The notes beneath the pieces were generated by a model, which was not told where the DNA came from, ran no database searches, and was given only the letters and a program-made list of their open reading frames with translations. Of a stretch of 32,000 bases of DNA, positions 1 through 6,769 are shown piece after piece. The stretch is from Candidatus Iainarchaeum sp. (GTDB lineage: Archaea > Iainarchaeota > Iainarchaeia > Iainarchaeales > JAZDEL01). The translations under genes and the position numbers were made by a program. The first letter of the stretch is position 1, and every line of letters starts with the position of its first letter. The stretch spans positions 30,001 through 62,000 of the forward strand of contig JAZDEL010000008.1 in NCBI GenBank assembly GCA_043808785.1. The letters run 5' to 3'.

Positions 1-110
1 GCAGTGTCGCGACCTGCGCAACGAAGATGAGCATTTCCATCGCCATCTGAAACCTCCTTGGGTTCAGAGTATAACTGCGAGGGGGTATTTAATTGTTCTT
101 CCGCGCGCAA

Positions 111-554
111 TCAGAACAGCAGCGGCTTTTCCCCGAGGGTGTTGAGGAGCACGCAGGTTTCGCTCCTTTCAATTGATTCATACACGTGCAGATGTTTCAG
201 GAAGGCGTCGAGCGCCTGCCGGTTCCTGAAGCGCGCCACAACAAGGACGTCGAACCTGCCTGTGATGTCGTGCACAGCAATAACGCTCGGGTGCTTTGCT
301 ACTTCTATCCCGACCTTTGAAACCATCTCCTTGGGTATGCAGAGGTTCACAATCACAGGCAGGTCATAGCCGAGCTTGTCGTAATCTATGACTGCGGAGT
401 AGCGCTTTATAATTCCGGAATCCTCGAGGCGCTTCAGGCGCGTCATAACCGTTGCCGGGGCGAGGCCTATTTTCTTTGCGATTTTTCTCAGGGAGAGGCG
501 GGCGTTTTCAGTAACCGCGTTAAGGATATCGCTGTCGGCACGGTCGAGGTCCAT
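111..554 (-). CDS. Lrp/AsnC family transcriptional regulator (147 aa; paralog of 2868..3311)
   Basis: MDLDRADSDILNAVTENARLSLRKIAKKIGLAPATVMTRLKRLEDSGIIKRY... shows an N-terminal HTH plus a C-terminal AsnC/RAM-type domain. The ORF track extends to 638, but those 28 extra codons run through the intergenic repeat, so I start at the ATG (cat at 552-554). Confidence 0.9.
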   Translation of the reverse strand: MDLDRADSDILNAVTENARLSLRKIAKKIGLAPATVMTRLKRLEDSGIIKRYSAVIDYDKLGYDLPVIVNLCIPKEMVSKVGIEVAKHPSVIAVHDITGRFDVLVVARFRNRQALDAFLKHLHVYESIERSETCVLLNTLGEKPLLF

Positions 555-587
555 ACGTTCCAGCCGCCTTTTGTGTTGTTCGTTTGA

Positions 588-731
588 TTTTGTTTGGTTT
601 ATTCTAATATAACCGAACGAATATTTAATTTTATGCAATAATGTTGCCGTTTTGTTCTGAAGTAATTTGCACGCTTGTTTGCTTTTGTTTGGGTTATTCT
701 AATATAACCAAACATATATTTAATTTTATGC
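588..731. repeat. Two 49-bp direct repeat copies (588..636 and 683..731, 45/49 identical), each carrying a GGTTAT-N6-ATAACC-type palindrome; putative duplicated operator/promoter
   Basis: Copy A is ttttgtttggtttattctaatataaccgaacgaatatttaattttatgc. Copy B is ttttgtttgggttattctaatataaccaaacatatatttaattttatgc. Both lie in the divergent spacer between the Lrp gene and the micro-ORF at 800. Confidence 0.85.
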
Positions 732-799
732 CACGAAGGAGATGTTTTGTTCTGAAAAACCAAAGAAAACTATATTTATGCCGGTGCGGATATATGTGC

Positions 800-895
800 A
801 TGGGCAGGAAACCGCCTATGAAGGTTGCCAAGAAAGTTCCGATATTCGTCGGGAAGAAGCGGTATCTCGTGGACGTGCGCGAGGAGAACGGATAA
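800..895 (+). CDS. Micro-ORF, 31 aa (MGRKPPMKVAKKVPIFVGKKRYLVDVREENG), paralog of 2502..2615
   Basis: The TATA-like tatatttatg at 771-780 ends 20 nt before the ATG. The peptide shares the motif P-I-x-V-x4-Y-x-V-D with the second micro-ORF, which has the same position relative to an Lrp paralog. No family recognised. Confidence 0.4.
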   Translation: MGRKPPMKVAKKVPIFVGKKRYLVDVREENG

Positions 896-1261
896 GAAAG
901 GCGCGATGTCGCGTTAACCGCGGTTTTTGTTAGGCGCTTTTGTTGTGTTTTTATTTTGGCGGAAAAACTTTTTTAACCCGGAAAAAACAGGCGTGATTGC
1001 CGCGCCGGCGGCAATGCGGAAATGAAAATTAAACCGCGCGCGGATTACGGCATCCTGCGGATTTTTGGGGTTGCTTTCTTCCGGAGAAAGAACCGGTCAA
1101 GAATGTCCAACTGCGTCCTTGCGAGGTTCTCGGAAATAGAAGTACGCGATTTGCGCCTTAGCTTTATTTTAGGTCTTAAAGGCCTAACCAGATAAACCAC
1201 CACTAATTAAATACAACGACGCCGTGATATTTAATGGTTTGGGTTTGTTTTCTGCGAAGGC

Positions 1262-1732
1262 TTACCCCAGTTGGGCGGTGTATTCCGCTCTCGCTCCCCT
1301 CACAAGTTTCCTGGCTTTTTCAATGTCGCGGCTTTTCTTAGCTTCATCCAGTTCTCGCCTAAATGCGGCGGGCAAATTGCTGAAATCGATATCCCGCGAA
1401 TTAAATTTCTCCAGGAATTTTTTGCCGTCGCCGACAAGAAACCGTTCGACATTCCCAACATCCCGCAGTACCCTTAAACAACTTCCCCCCCCCGGCGCCC
1501 CTAGTTTCAGCTCCCGCGCTCGCTGTCTTAATTCACCCAGCTCTTCATTGCCGCCGTAATAAGGGTGGTGCCCGTAGTCAGGCACGTCATGCTCGGGAAA
1601 CTTGTCAGCGGGAAATGCGGCACTGAAGCGCGATTCGCGGTTTTCTGAAAAGGGGTAATCCGCGCCTTTCCCGCCGCCTCTTTCCTTTCTGTCGGTTTTT
1701 TTCGGCTTGCACCGTTTCGGGAGCCAGGGCAT
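1262..1732 (-). CDS. Hypothetical protein (156 aa), basic N-terminus, possible helix-hairpin-helix-like segment
   Basis: The long ORF 1262..2086 overlaps the AMMECR1 gene. The internal ATG at 1730-1732 sits behind the A/T box ttttatttt (rc of 1745-1756) in a divergent promoter region. The sequence LKLGAPGGGSCLRVLRDVGNVERFL is HhH-like by eye only. Confidence 0.5.
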   Translation of the reverse strand: MPWLPKRCKPKKTDRKERGGGKGADYPFSENRESRFSAAFPADKFPEHDVPDYGHHPYYGGNEELGELRQRARELKLGAPGGGSCLRVLRDVGNVERFLVGDGKKFLEKFNSRDIDFSNLPAAFRRELDEAKKSRDIEKARKLVRGARAEYTAQLG

Positions 1733-1787
1733 TGGAACACCAGTAACAAAATAAAAGGGCGCCGCTGTATTTATATGTTTGGTTTGC

Positions 1788-2420
1788 ATGGCAAAAAACG
1801 GCTTCGCTTTGGAGGAGGGCGAACTCCTTGTACGCGCCGCGCGCAGGAGCATCGAGTATGCAATGGCTTCCGGCAGGGTTATGCGAGAGAGCGCACCGAA
1901 AAGCGCGTTCACTGAGGAGCGCGGCGTGTTCGTAACTCTGCACACTTTTCCCGCGCGGGAGCTGAGGGGATGCATAGGATACCCCGAACCCGTGAGGCCG
2001 CTGTGGAATGCCGTGTTAGAGTGCGCGGTGAACGCCGCATTTAACGACCCTCGGTTTCCGCAATTGCGTGCGGGGGAAATGGACAATGTTGTTGTCGAGG
2101 TGAGCGTCCTTACGCGGCCCGAACCTGTCGTGCTTGACGACGAAACGAAACCTGAGCAATACCTGAAAAAAATAAATGTGGGGAGGGACGGGTTGATTGC
2201 GGAGCGCGGGGCAAAAAGGGGCTTGCTGCTTCCCCAGGTTGCACCCGAGCGGGGCTGGAAGGAGGGGGAATTCCTTTCGCAAACCTGCAGGAAGGCGGGG
2301 TTAAGTACGGAGGCGTGGAAAGAGAAGGGGACTAAAATTTACAGTTTTCAGGCGCAGGTTTTTGGGGAAACAAAGCCGAAAGGGAAAGTTGTTGAGGGCG
2401 AACAGGGGAAGGTTTGCTAA
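1788..2420 (+). CDS. AMMECR1 domain protein
   Basis: Carries the hallmark ...FVTLHTFPARELRGCIGYPEPVRPLWNAVLECAVNAAFNDPRFP... and ...KRGLLLPQV... The ORF track start at 1779 is TTG; the ATG at 1788 follows TATA tatttatatg (1768-1777). Confidence 0.9.
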   Translation: MAKNGFALEEGELLVRAARRSIEYAMASGRVMRESAPKSAFTEERGVFVTLHTFPARELRGCIGYPEPVRPLWNAVLECAVNAAFNDPRFPQLRAGEMDNVVVEVSVLTRPEPVVLDDETKPEQYLKKINVGRDGLIAERGAKRGLLLPQVAPERGWKEGEFLSQTCRKAGLSTEAWKEKGTKIYSFQAQVFGETKPKGKVVEGEQGKVC

Positions 2421-2501
2421 GCGGGCGCAAGGAATGTTTTGAGGGCGAACAGGGGGAAAGGCTGCTGAGCCGGCAAAATAGCCCGGGCTGCAGGAGAAAA
2501 A

Positions 2502-2615
2502 TCATTCATCATACCCCAGGGGCAGGTCGACGAAATACTGCGTGCCGTTTACTGTGATGGGCGCTCTCTTTTTTTTAGGCTTGACCTCCCTGGAAATATC
2601 AACATATTTAGGCAT
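2502..2615 (-). CDS. Micro-ORF, 37 aa (MPKYVDISREVKPKKKRAPITVNGTQYFVDLPLGYDE), paralog of 800..895
   Basis: Not in the ORF track because it is under 60 aa. The rc of 2635-2644 is tatatttatg and ends 20 nt before the ATG, the same spacing as at the other micro-ORF. It is divergent from the second Lrp paralog. Confidence 0.4.
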   Translation of the reverse strand: MPKYVDISREVKPKKKRAPITVNGTQYFVDLPLGYDE

Positions 2616-2867
2616 ATATAGCTAACGCAGTCAACATAAATATACTTTTTTGCGTTTTTTTGAAACAAAAATAGCAATTTTTTTTATTTAATGTGTATTC
2701 TGTTTATTTATTCATTGCAAAATAAAACACTGAATAACGTTTGTATTCTTATTCAATTATTTTTTTATTACAAATGCGCAAAATGGGCGATATATTTAAG
2801 TATTTGTTTACTCATAATCAATTAAAATAAACGAGAATGAACATTCACCCTTAGGGGGCAGTTTGGA

Positions 2868-3311
2868 ATGGAACTTGACGGCACAAACCGCGAGATACTG
2901 AATGTCATAACCGAAAACGCGCGCCTCTCGCTCAGGCAGATTGCAAAGAAAACCGGGTTCTCCCCCGCCACAGTAATGAAACGCATGAAGAGCCTTGAGG
3001 ATGGGGGTGCGATTAAGCGCTACACAGTAATGCTCGACTACGACAAGCTCGGCTATGAGTTCGGGGTAATAACAAGCATCCATATTTCCGGGGGGAAAAG
3101 CCTTGAGCTGGAGAAGGAAGTGGCAAAGGAAGTGGGGGTTATCGGGGTTTACGGAATAACAGGCGCGGATGACTTGCTTGTTATTTCGCGCTTCAACAGC
3201 AGGCGCGCCGTGGACAACTTCCTGAAGCGCGTCAGGGAGTTTGATTTTGTCGAGCACTCGCAGAGTTCGCTCATACTGCGCGCTGCAGTGGAAAAACCCC
3301 TGCAGTTCTGA
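2868..3311 (+). CDS. Lrp/AsnC family transcriptional regulator (147 aa)
   Basis: MELDGTNREILNVITENARLSLRQIAKKTGFSPATVMKRMKSLEDGGAIKRY... is co-linear with the protein of 111..554. A G-rich SD-like gggggc lies at 2852-2857. Confidence 0.9.
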   Translation: MELDGTNREILNVITENARLSLRQIAKKTGFSPATVMKRMKSLEDGGAIKRYTVMLDYDKLGYEFGVITSIHISGGKSLELEKEVAKEVGVIGVYGITGADDLLVISRFNSRRAVDNFLKRVREFDFVEHSQSSLILRAAVEKPLQF

Positions 3312-3388
3312 GCGCACGGTAAGTGCGCCCCTAAAGGGCGGGCGTTTCCGCCCCCTTCCCGCGCCATGGCCGACAATGCATAATTCGC

Positions 3389-3679
3389 CTAACCCGGAAG
3401 TTCGCACGTTTCCGCGTCGATGCCCAATTTGTTCATGCACGCGTAATAGGAATCGGCCTTTGTGTTCAGCGCGGAGTACTGTTCGCCCAGCGAGTTGTAA
3501 TCGGAACTTGCCTTGTGCAGTGCTGCGGCATCAAGGAAGTTTGATGTAAGGTACCAGCCTGCGAGGATGCCCGCGATGAAAATTACGATAAGGATTATGT
3601 TCTGCGGACTCGAAATGTTGGGGAGCAGCCCTTTTTTCCTTCTTCTCCCGCGGCCTGAATCTTCCTCTTCGTCGGACAT
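3389..3679 (-). CDS. Small membrane protein (96 aa): acidic/basic N-terminus, one TM helix, C-terminal domain with two Cys
   Basis: The hydrophobic stretch IILIVIFIAGILAGWYL follows RGRRRKKG. No family recognised. Confidence 0.5.
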   Translation of the reverse strand: MSDEEEDSGRGRRRKKGLLPNISSPQNIILIVIFIAGILAGWYLTSNFLDAAALHKASSDYNSLGEQYSALNTKADSYYACMNKLGIDAETCELPG

Positions 3680-3692
3680 TTAAACCAGCCCT

Positions 3693-3730
3693 GCAAACAA
3701 AAAAATCACAAAAACCCGAAAACGGGTTTT
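3693..3730 (-). terminator. Hairpin aaaacccg-aaaa-cgggtttt followed (minus strand) by a T-rich run; likely terminator of taw1
   Basis: A perfect 8-bp stem lies at 3711-3730. Downstream on the minus strand the sequence reads ttttgtgatttttttgtttg. Confidence 0.5.
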
Positions 3731-3742
3731 GGTTTTTGTTCT

Positions 3743-4702
3743 TTATTTTTCCGCTCCGCAGCCCGGAATTACCATCGGGGTTTTGCCGTTCCACAGCATT
3801 GCAACCCTTGAATCCGCGCTCTGTGCGGCAAGAGAATAACCGCGCAGGTGCTTATTAACCTTTTCTGCGAAAACGAGAATCTCGGCATGCGAGGGCATAT
3901 TTGATTCCTCGAGGCGCTTCCTGCTGAGTCCGAGGAACATGTAGGCTTTTGCCTCTATGAACGATGGCTGTGCTGGCTGCAGGAGTTCGGCATACTGTTC
4001 GGCCTCAAGCATGTTCATGCCCTTAACCAAAGTCATGCGCACAACCGAGCGGTTGAATTTTTTCACGAGGGAGAGGGATTTCATTATTTTTTCCCACGAG
4101 CCTTCGGTAAGCGGCCTGCAAGAGCGCGCGAAAACTTTCTCGTTCGGCGCGGGAAGGGTAAGGTAAAATTGTGTGGGCTGCGCGTTTTGCTTCAGGATTT
4201 TTTTCAGCATCTCGGGCTGCGTGCCGTTCGTCACCAAAAAGGTTTTCATTCCGCGCGAATGGATTTCTGAAATCAGTTCAGGCAGGAGGGGGTAAAGCGT
4301 TGGCTCGCCAATAAGGCTTATTGCGAAGTGCAGCGGTTTTGCAGCCTCGGCAAGCTTGCGCCTGTCGACATTTTCATACCCTCCGAAGCCGCTGAGGAGT
4401 TTTTTCTGTGCTGCAAGGCAGCCGTCGACGATTGCCGCAGGCGAATCGGCTTCCCCCTTCCATTCCGCCTCCGTGAACTCGACATTGCGCCAGCACCAGA
4501 GGCAGCGCAGGTTGCAGGAGATTAAGGCAGGGGTCATCTGCACGCACCTGTGGGAGCGGATGCCGTAGAATTTTTCCTTGTAGCACACGCCCGAGCCGCG
4601 CAGGGATTTCCTTAACCAGGCGCAGGTTTTTACTGCGGAGTGGCTCCCCACGACGGCGTAATGCTGGCGTGCCAGAACCGAGAGGTAATTATCGGAAAGC
4701 AT
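3743..4702 (-). CDS. taw1: tRNA 4-demethylwyosine synthase (radical SAM, TYW1/Taw1)
   Basis: HYAVVGSHSAVKTCAWLRKSLRGSGVCYKEKFYGIRSHRCVQMTPALISCNLRCLWCWR matches the Taw1 N-terminal Cys region plus the radical-SAM CxxxCxxC. I chose the start at 4702 (MLSDNY...) because ttttttataag lies about 20-30 nt upstream. An alternative ATG is at 4741. Confidence 0.9.
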   Translation of the reverse strand: MLSDNYLSVLARQHYAVVGSHSAVKTCAWLRKSLRGSGVCYKEKFYGIRSHRCVQMTPALISCNLRCLWCWRNVEFTEAEWKGEADSPAAIVDGCLAAQKKLLSGFGGYENVDRRKLAEAAKPLHFAISLIGEPTLYPLLPELISEIHSRGMKTFLVTNGTQPEMLKKILKQNAQPTQFYLTLPAPNEKVFARSCRPLTEGSWEKIMKSLSLVKKFNRSVVRMTLVKGMNMLEAEQYAELLQPAQPSFIEAKAYMFLGLSRKRLEESNMPSHAEILVFAEKVNKHLRGYSLAAQSADSRVAMLWNGKTPMVIPGCGAEK

Positions 4703-4765
4703 GAATATGAGGGAGTGGGAACTTATAAAAAACTGTTGCAAAACGCGGCAAAAAAATAAAAAACC

Positions 4766-4821
4766 GCGCTATTCGGGCGCGAGCCCGAATGCGCCCATTT
4801 GGCAGGAGCCAAATAGGGCGG
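4766..4821. repeat. Palindromic double-hairpin element, copy 1
   Basis: The sequence is gcgct attcgggc-gcga-gcccgaat gcgccc atttggc-agga-gccaaat agggcgg. A second copy lies at 6596..6653 in the opposite internal order. Confidence 0.8.
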
Positions 4822-4998
4822 TTTTCGGGTTTTGTGCGGTTTTAAATGGTTCTTTCCGAAGTTTTGTGTGTTATGTAGAGGGGTGTTTTTTTGCGGGAAT
4901 TAAGGGGGAATTTAAAAACCCCCAAAAAACGATTATGTAGCGTGCGAAGAACGCAAGATTTATATACAGGTTCACCGTTTATAGATAAGTGATTTTTC

Positions 4999-5268
4999 AT
5001 GTACAAATACACAATTGCAAGGCAGTTAGCAACAAAGCGCGTCATCACAAACAGGGGTGACGAAATAGGGAAACTCACAGACCTGCTCGTTGCGGAGAAT
5101 AACGGGGATATAGAATACCTGCTTGTTGAAGTGGACAGGGACAGCAAACTGGCCAGGACCACGGCACTCAAGGAGCGCACAATCAAGATCCCTTATTCTG
5201 CCGTAACTGCGGTAAGCGATGTTTTCATTGTGGATGAAAGGGAGCTAAGTTCGGTTAGTGCGGAATAA
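4999..5268 (+). CDS. PRC-barrel domain protein (89 aa)
   Basis: VITNRGDEIGKLTDLLVAENNGDIEYLLVEV...KIPYSAVTAVSDVFIV is the typical small archaeal PRC-barrel pattern. TATA gatttatatac lies at about 4958-4968. Confidence 0.8.
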   Translation: MYKYTIARQLATKRVITNRGDEIGKLTDLLVAENNGDIEYLLVEVDRDSKLARTTALKERTIKIPYSAVTAVSDVFIVDERELSSVSAE

Positions 5269-5444
5269 GCCCTTGGTTGGGGTTTAGTTTTTTAGGGGTG
5301 GCTCCCTTTTTATCCAAGCCGTGCTTTGGTTGCGCGACTTTCTGTTTGTTATGTAATTCCGTTTCTTTGGGAAGGCTGCGCCTGGGCAGTGCCCTTTGCT
5401 TTTTTCGCCTTTTGCCTTAACGCGCCAATGCTTTGCCGGTTGCG

Positions 5445-6716
5445 CTAGGGAAGCTCAGCAACCAGTTCCTTGCGCTTGCTGTCATAGGAGAGAAGGAGTT
5501 TTGCCGCCTTGTTGCCTTTTGCAGCCTCGGAACGTATCTTATACATAATTTCTTTTTCGGGAATTTTCTTCTTCTCTGCCGAGGAAATTGCATTCACCAG
5601 TTCCTGTAACTCGGTGAAATGTGAGTAAATGAGTTCCCCTGCGCGCTTGTTTTCCGCTTCCCTGCTTTCAAGCATTGCCTTTGCCTCGCGCTGCTGTGAG
5701 AGATAATGCCCGACTTTTTTGCGCCCGCTGTCCTCCACAGCGGCTTCTTCAGTGCTTTCCTGCGCAAGGTGAGAGGAGGAAAAAATCTCGTCAATAGCGT
5801 CGTTCAGTGTGCCAAGCTCGCGTGCCCCTGAAGGTATGGATTGCAAACCGAAAGGGAGCAGCGTGTTTTGGAAAAGCACTGTGTTTTTGTTTGGGGGTTC
5901 ATGCGCCGAGTAGAGCCTAGTTATGTGTGCGTGCAACTGTGAAATTTCGGCACGCGTGAGGTTTTTGGCAGGGGTCTGCTTGCCAATCCCTGCAAGGTGC
6001 AGGGCTTCCTCGGCGAAAAGAGGCGCTATGTTGATGTTTTTCACGAGGGTTCGCACAGCGTCCGCGGAGCCCTGCGCGAAGATTTTTTGCAGTTCCTCCG
6101 CGCTAACTTTCGCGGGGTCAAGGCCGCGCGCGGGAGGGAACTTATATGCTTCCCCCTTCAGCACCTTCCTGTCCTTCCACTCCCGCCTGTGCAGGGGCTG
6201 CATAATAATTCCTTTGCCATCAAGCAGCACAATGTTGAAATCCGCAAGGAATTCAACAACCAGCGAATTGCCGTGGCTGAATTTCAGCACAACTAACCTG
6301 TCGGATTCGTGCTGTTCAACAGAGAGGATTTTCTTGTTCTTCAGGTGCTTGTTCAGGAACGCGCCGAACCCTGCGGCATTTTGTTTTGCGGGGATTTTGT
6401 AATTTGTGAAATAGATGGATTGCGGGCAAATGATGAAATCCTTGCTGCCTACTCTCGTGCGCATCTTGAATTTGTAAATTTCCCTCTCCACTTCCTGCAC
6501 GCGGTTGATGAACGCGTTCTCGAGCAGGGGGCGCAACTCAAGCAAGAGATGGCGGAGCGTGAGGTTGGTTAACTGAATTTCTTCCGCGCGCGGGTGCGCT
6601 ATTTTGGCTCTTGCCAAAATGCGCCCATTCGGGCATGTGCCCGAATAGGGCGGGGCTTTGTTGGCTGCGTGCGCCTGGTTTTTGCCTGCGCGCGCCGGGG
6701 TTTTGGCTGAAGGCAT
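5445..6716 (-). CDS. NFACT-N (FbpA/Rqc2-like) protein with HhH and coiled-coil but no NFACT-R/DUF814 part
   Basis: LTNLTLRHLLLELRPLLENAFINRVQEV...DRLVVLKF... is NFACT-N like. NINIAPLFAEEALHLAGI is the HhH, and the C-terminus is a coiled coil. The ATG at 6716 has tttaaatattt 22-33 nt upstream. The first ~45 codons are encoded by repeat copy 2, so the true start is uncertain (an in-frame TTG lies within the repeat). Confidence 0.75.
   Translation of the reverse strand: MPSAKTPARAGKNQAHAANKAPPYSGTCPNGRILARAKIAHPRAEEIQLTNLTLRHLLLELRPLLENAFINRVQEVEREIYKFKMRTRVGSKDFIICPQSIYFTNYKIPAKQNAAGFGAFLNKHLKNKKILSVEQHESDRLVVLKFSHGNSLVVEFLADFNIVLLDGKGIIMQPLHRREWKDRKVLKGEAYKFPPARGLDPAKVSAEELQKIFAQGSADAVRTLVKNINIAPLFAEEALHLAGIGKQTPAKNLTRAEISQLHAHITRLYSAHEPPNKNTVLFQNTLLPFGLQSIPSGARELGTLNDAIDEIFSSSHLAQESTEEAAVEDSGRKKVGHYLSQQREAKAMLESREAENKRAGELIYSHFTELQELVNAISSAEKKKIPEKEIMYKIRSEAAKGNKAAKLLLSYDSKRKELVAELP
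6596..6653. repeat. Palindromic double-hairpin element, copy 2 (inside the 5' end of the NFACT ORF)
   Basis: The sequence is gcgct attttggc-tctt-gccaaaat gcgccc attcgggc-atgt-gcccgaat agggcgg. Confidence 0.8.
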
Positions 6717-6769
6717 GAGGATTAATTAGATGCAGGAAATATTTAAACAGTGCCTAACAAGATTACTTA

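Noticed and set aside
641-799. N-terminal extension of the micro-ORF (84-aa version, 641..895) and the overlapping 742..933 ORF
   Set aside because: The extension is translated from the duplicated operator/promoter repeat (Cys/Phe-rich nonsense-like sequence) and lies upstream of the TATA box at 771-780. I keep only 800..895.
1022-1195. 57-codon plus-strand ORF in the 895-1262 intergenic region; I also looked here for tRNA/ncRNA
   Set aside because: It has no promoter-like box at the right distance, no motif and an odd composition. No cloverleaf/T-loop (GTTCRA) or box C/D signatures were found by eye. The region stays unexplained apart from a hairpin at 1003-1022.
3312-3358. Two GC hairpins (gcgcac-N5-gtgcgc and gggcgg-N7-ccgccc) between convergent genes, considered as terminators
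   Set aside because: The location is plausible, but no adjacent T-run typical of archaeal termination is present, so they are not called as a feature.
2808-3440. 210-aa minus-strand ORF
   Set aside because: It is antisense to the second Lrp/AsnC gene and runs through its AT-rich promoter.
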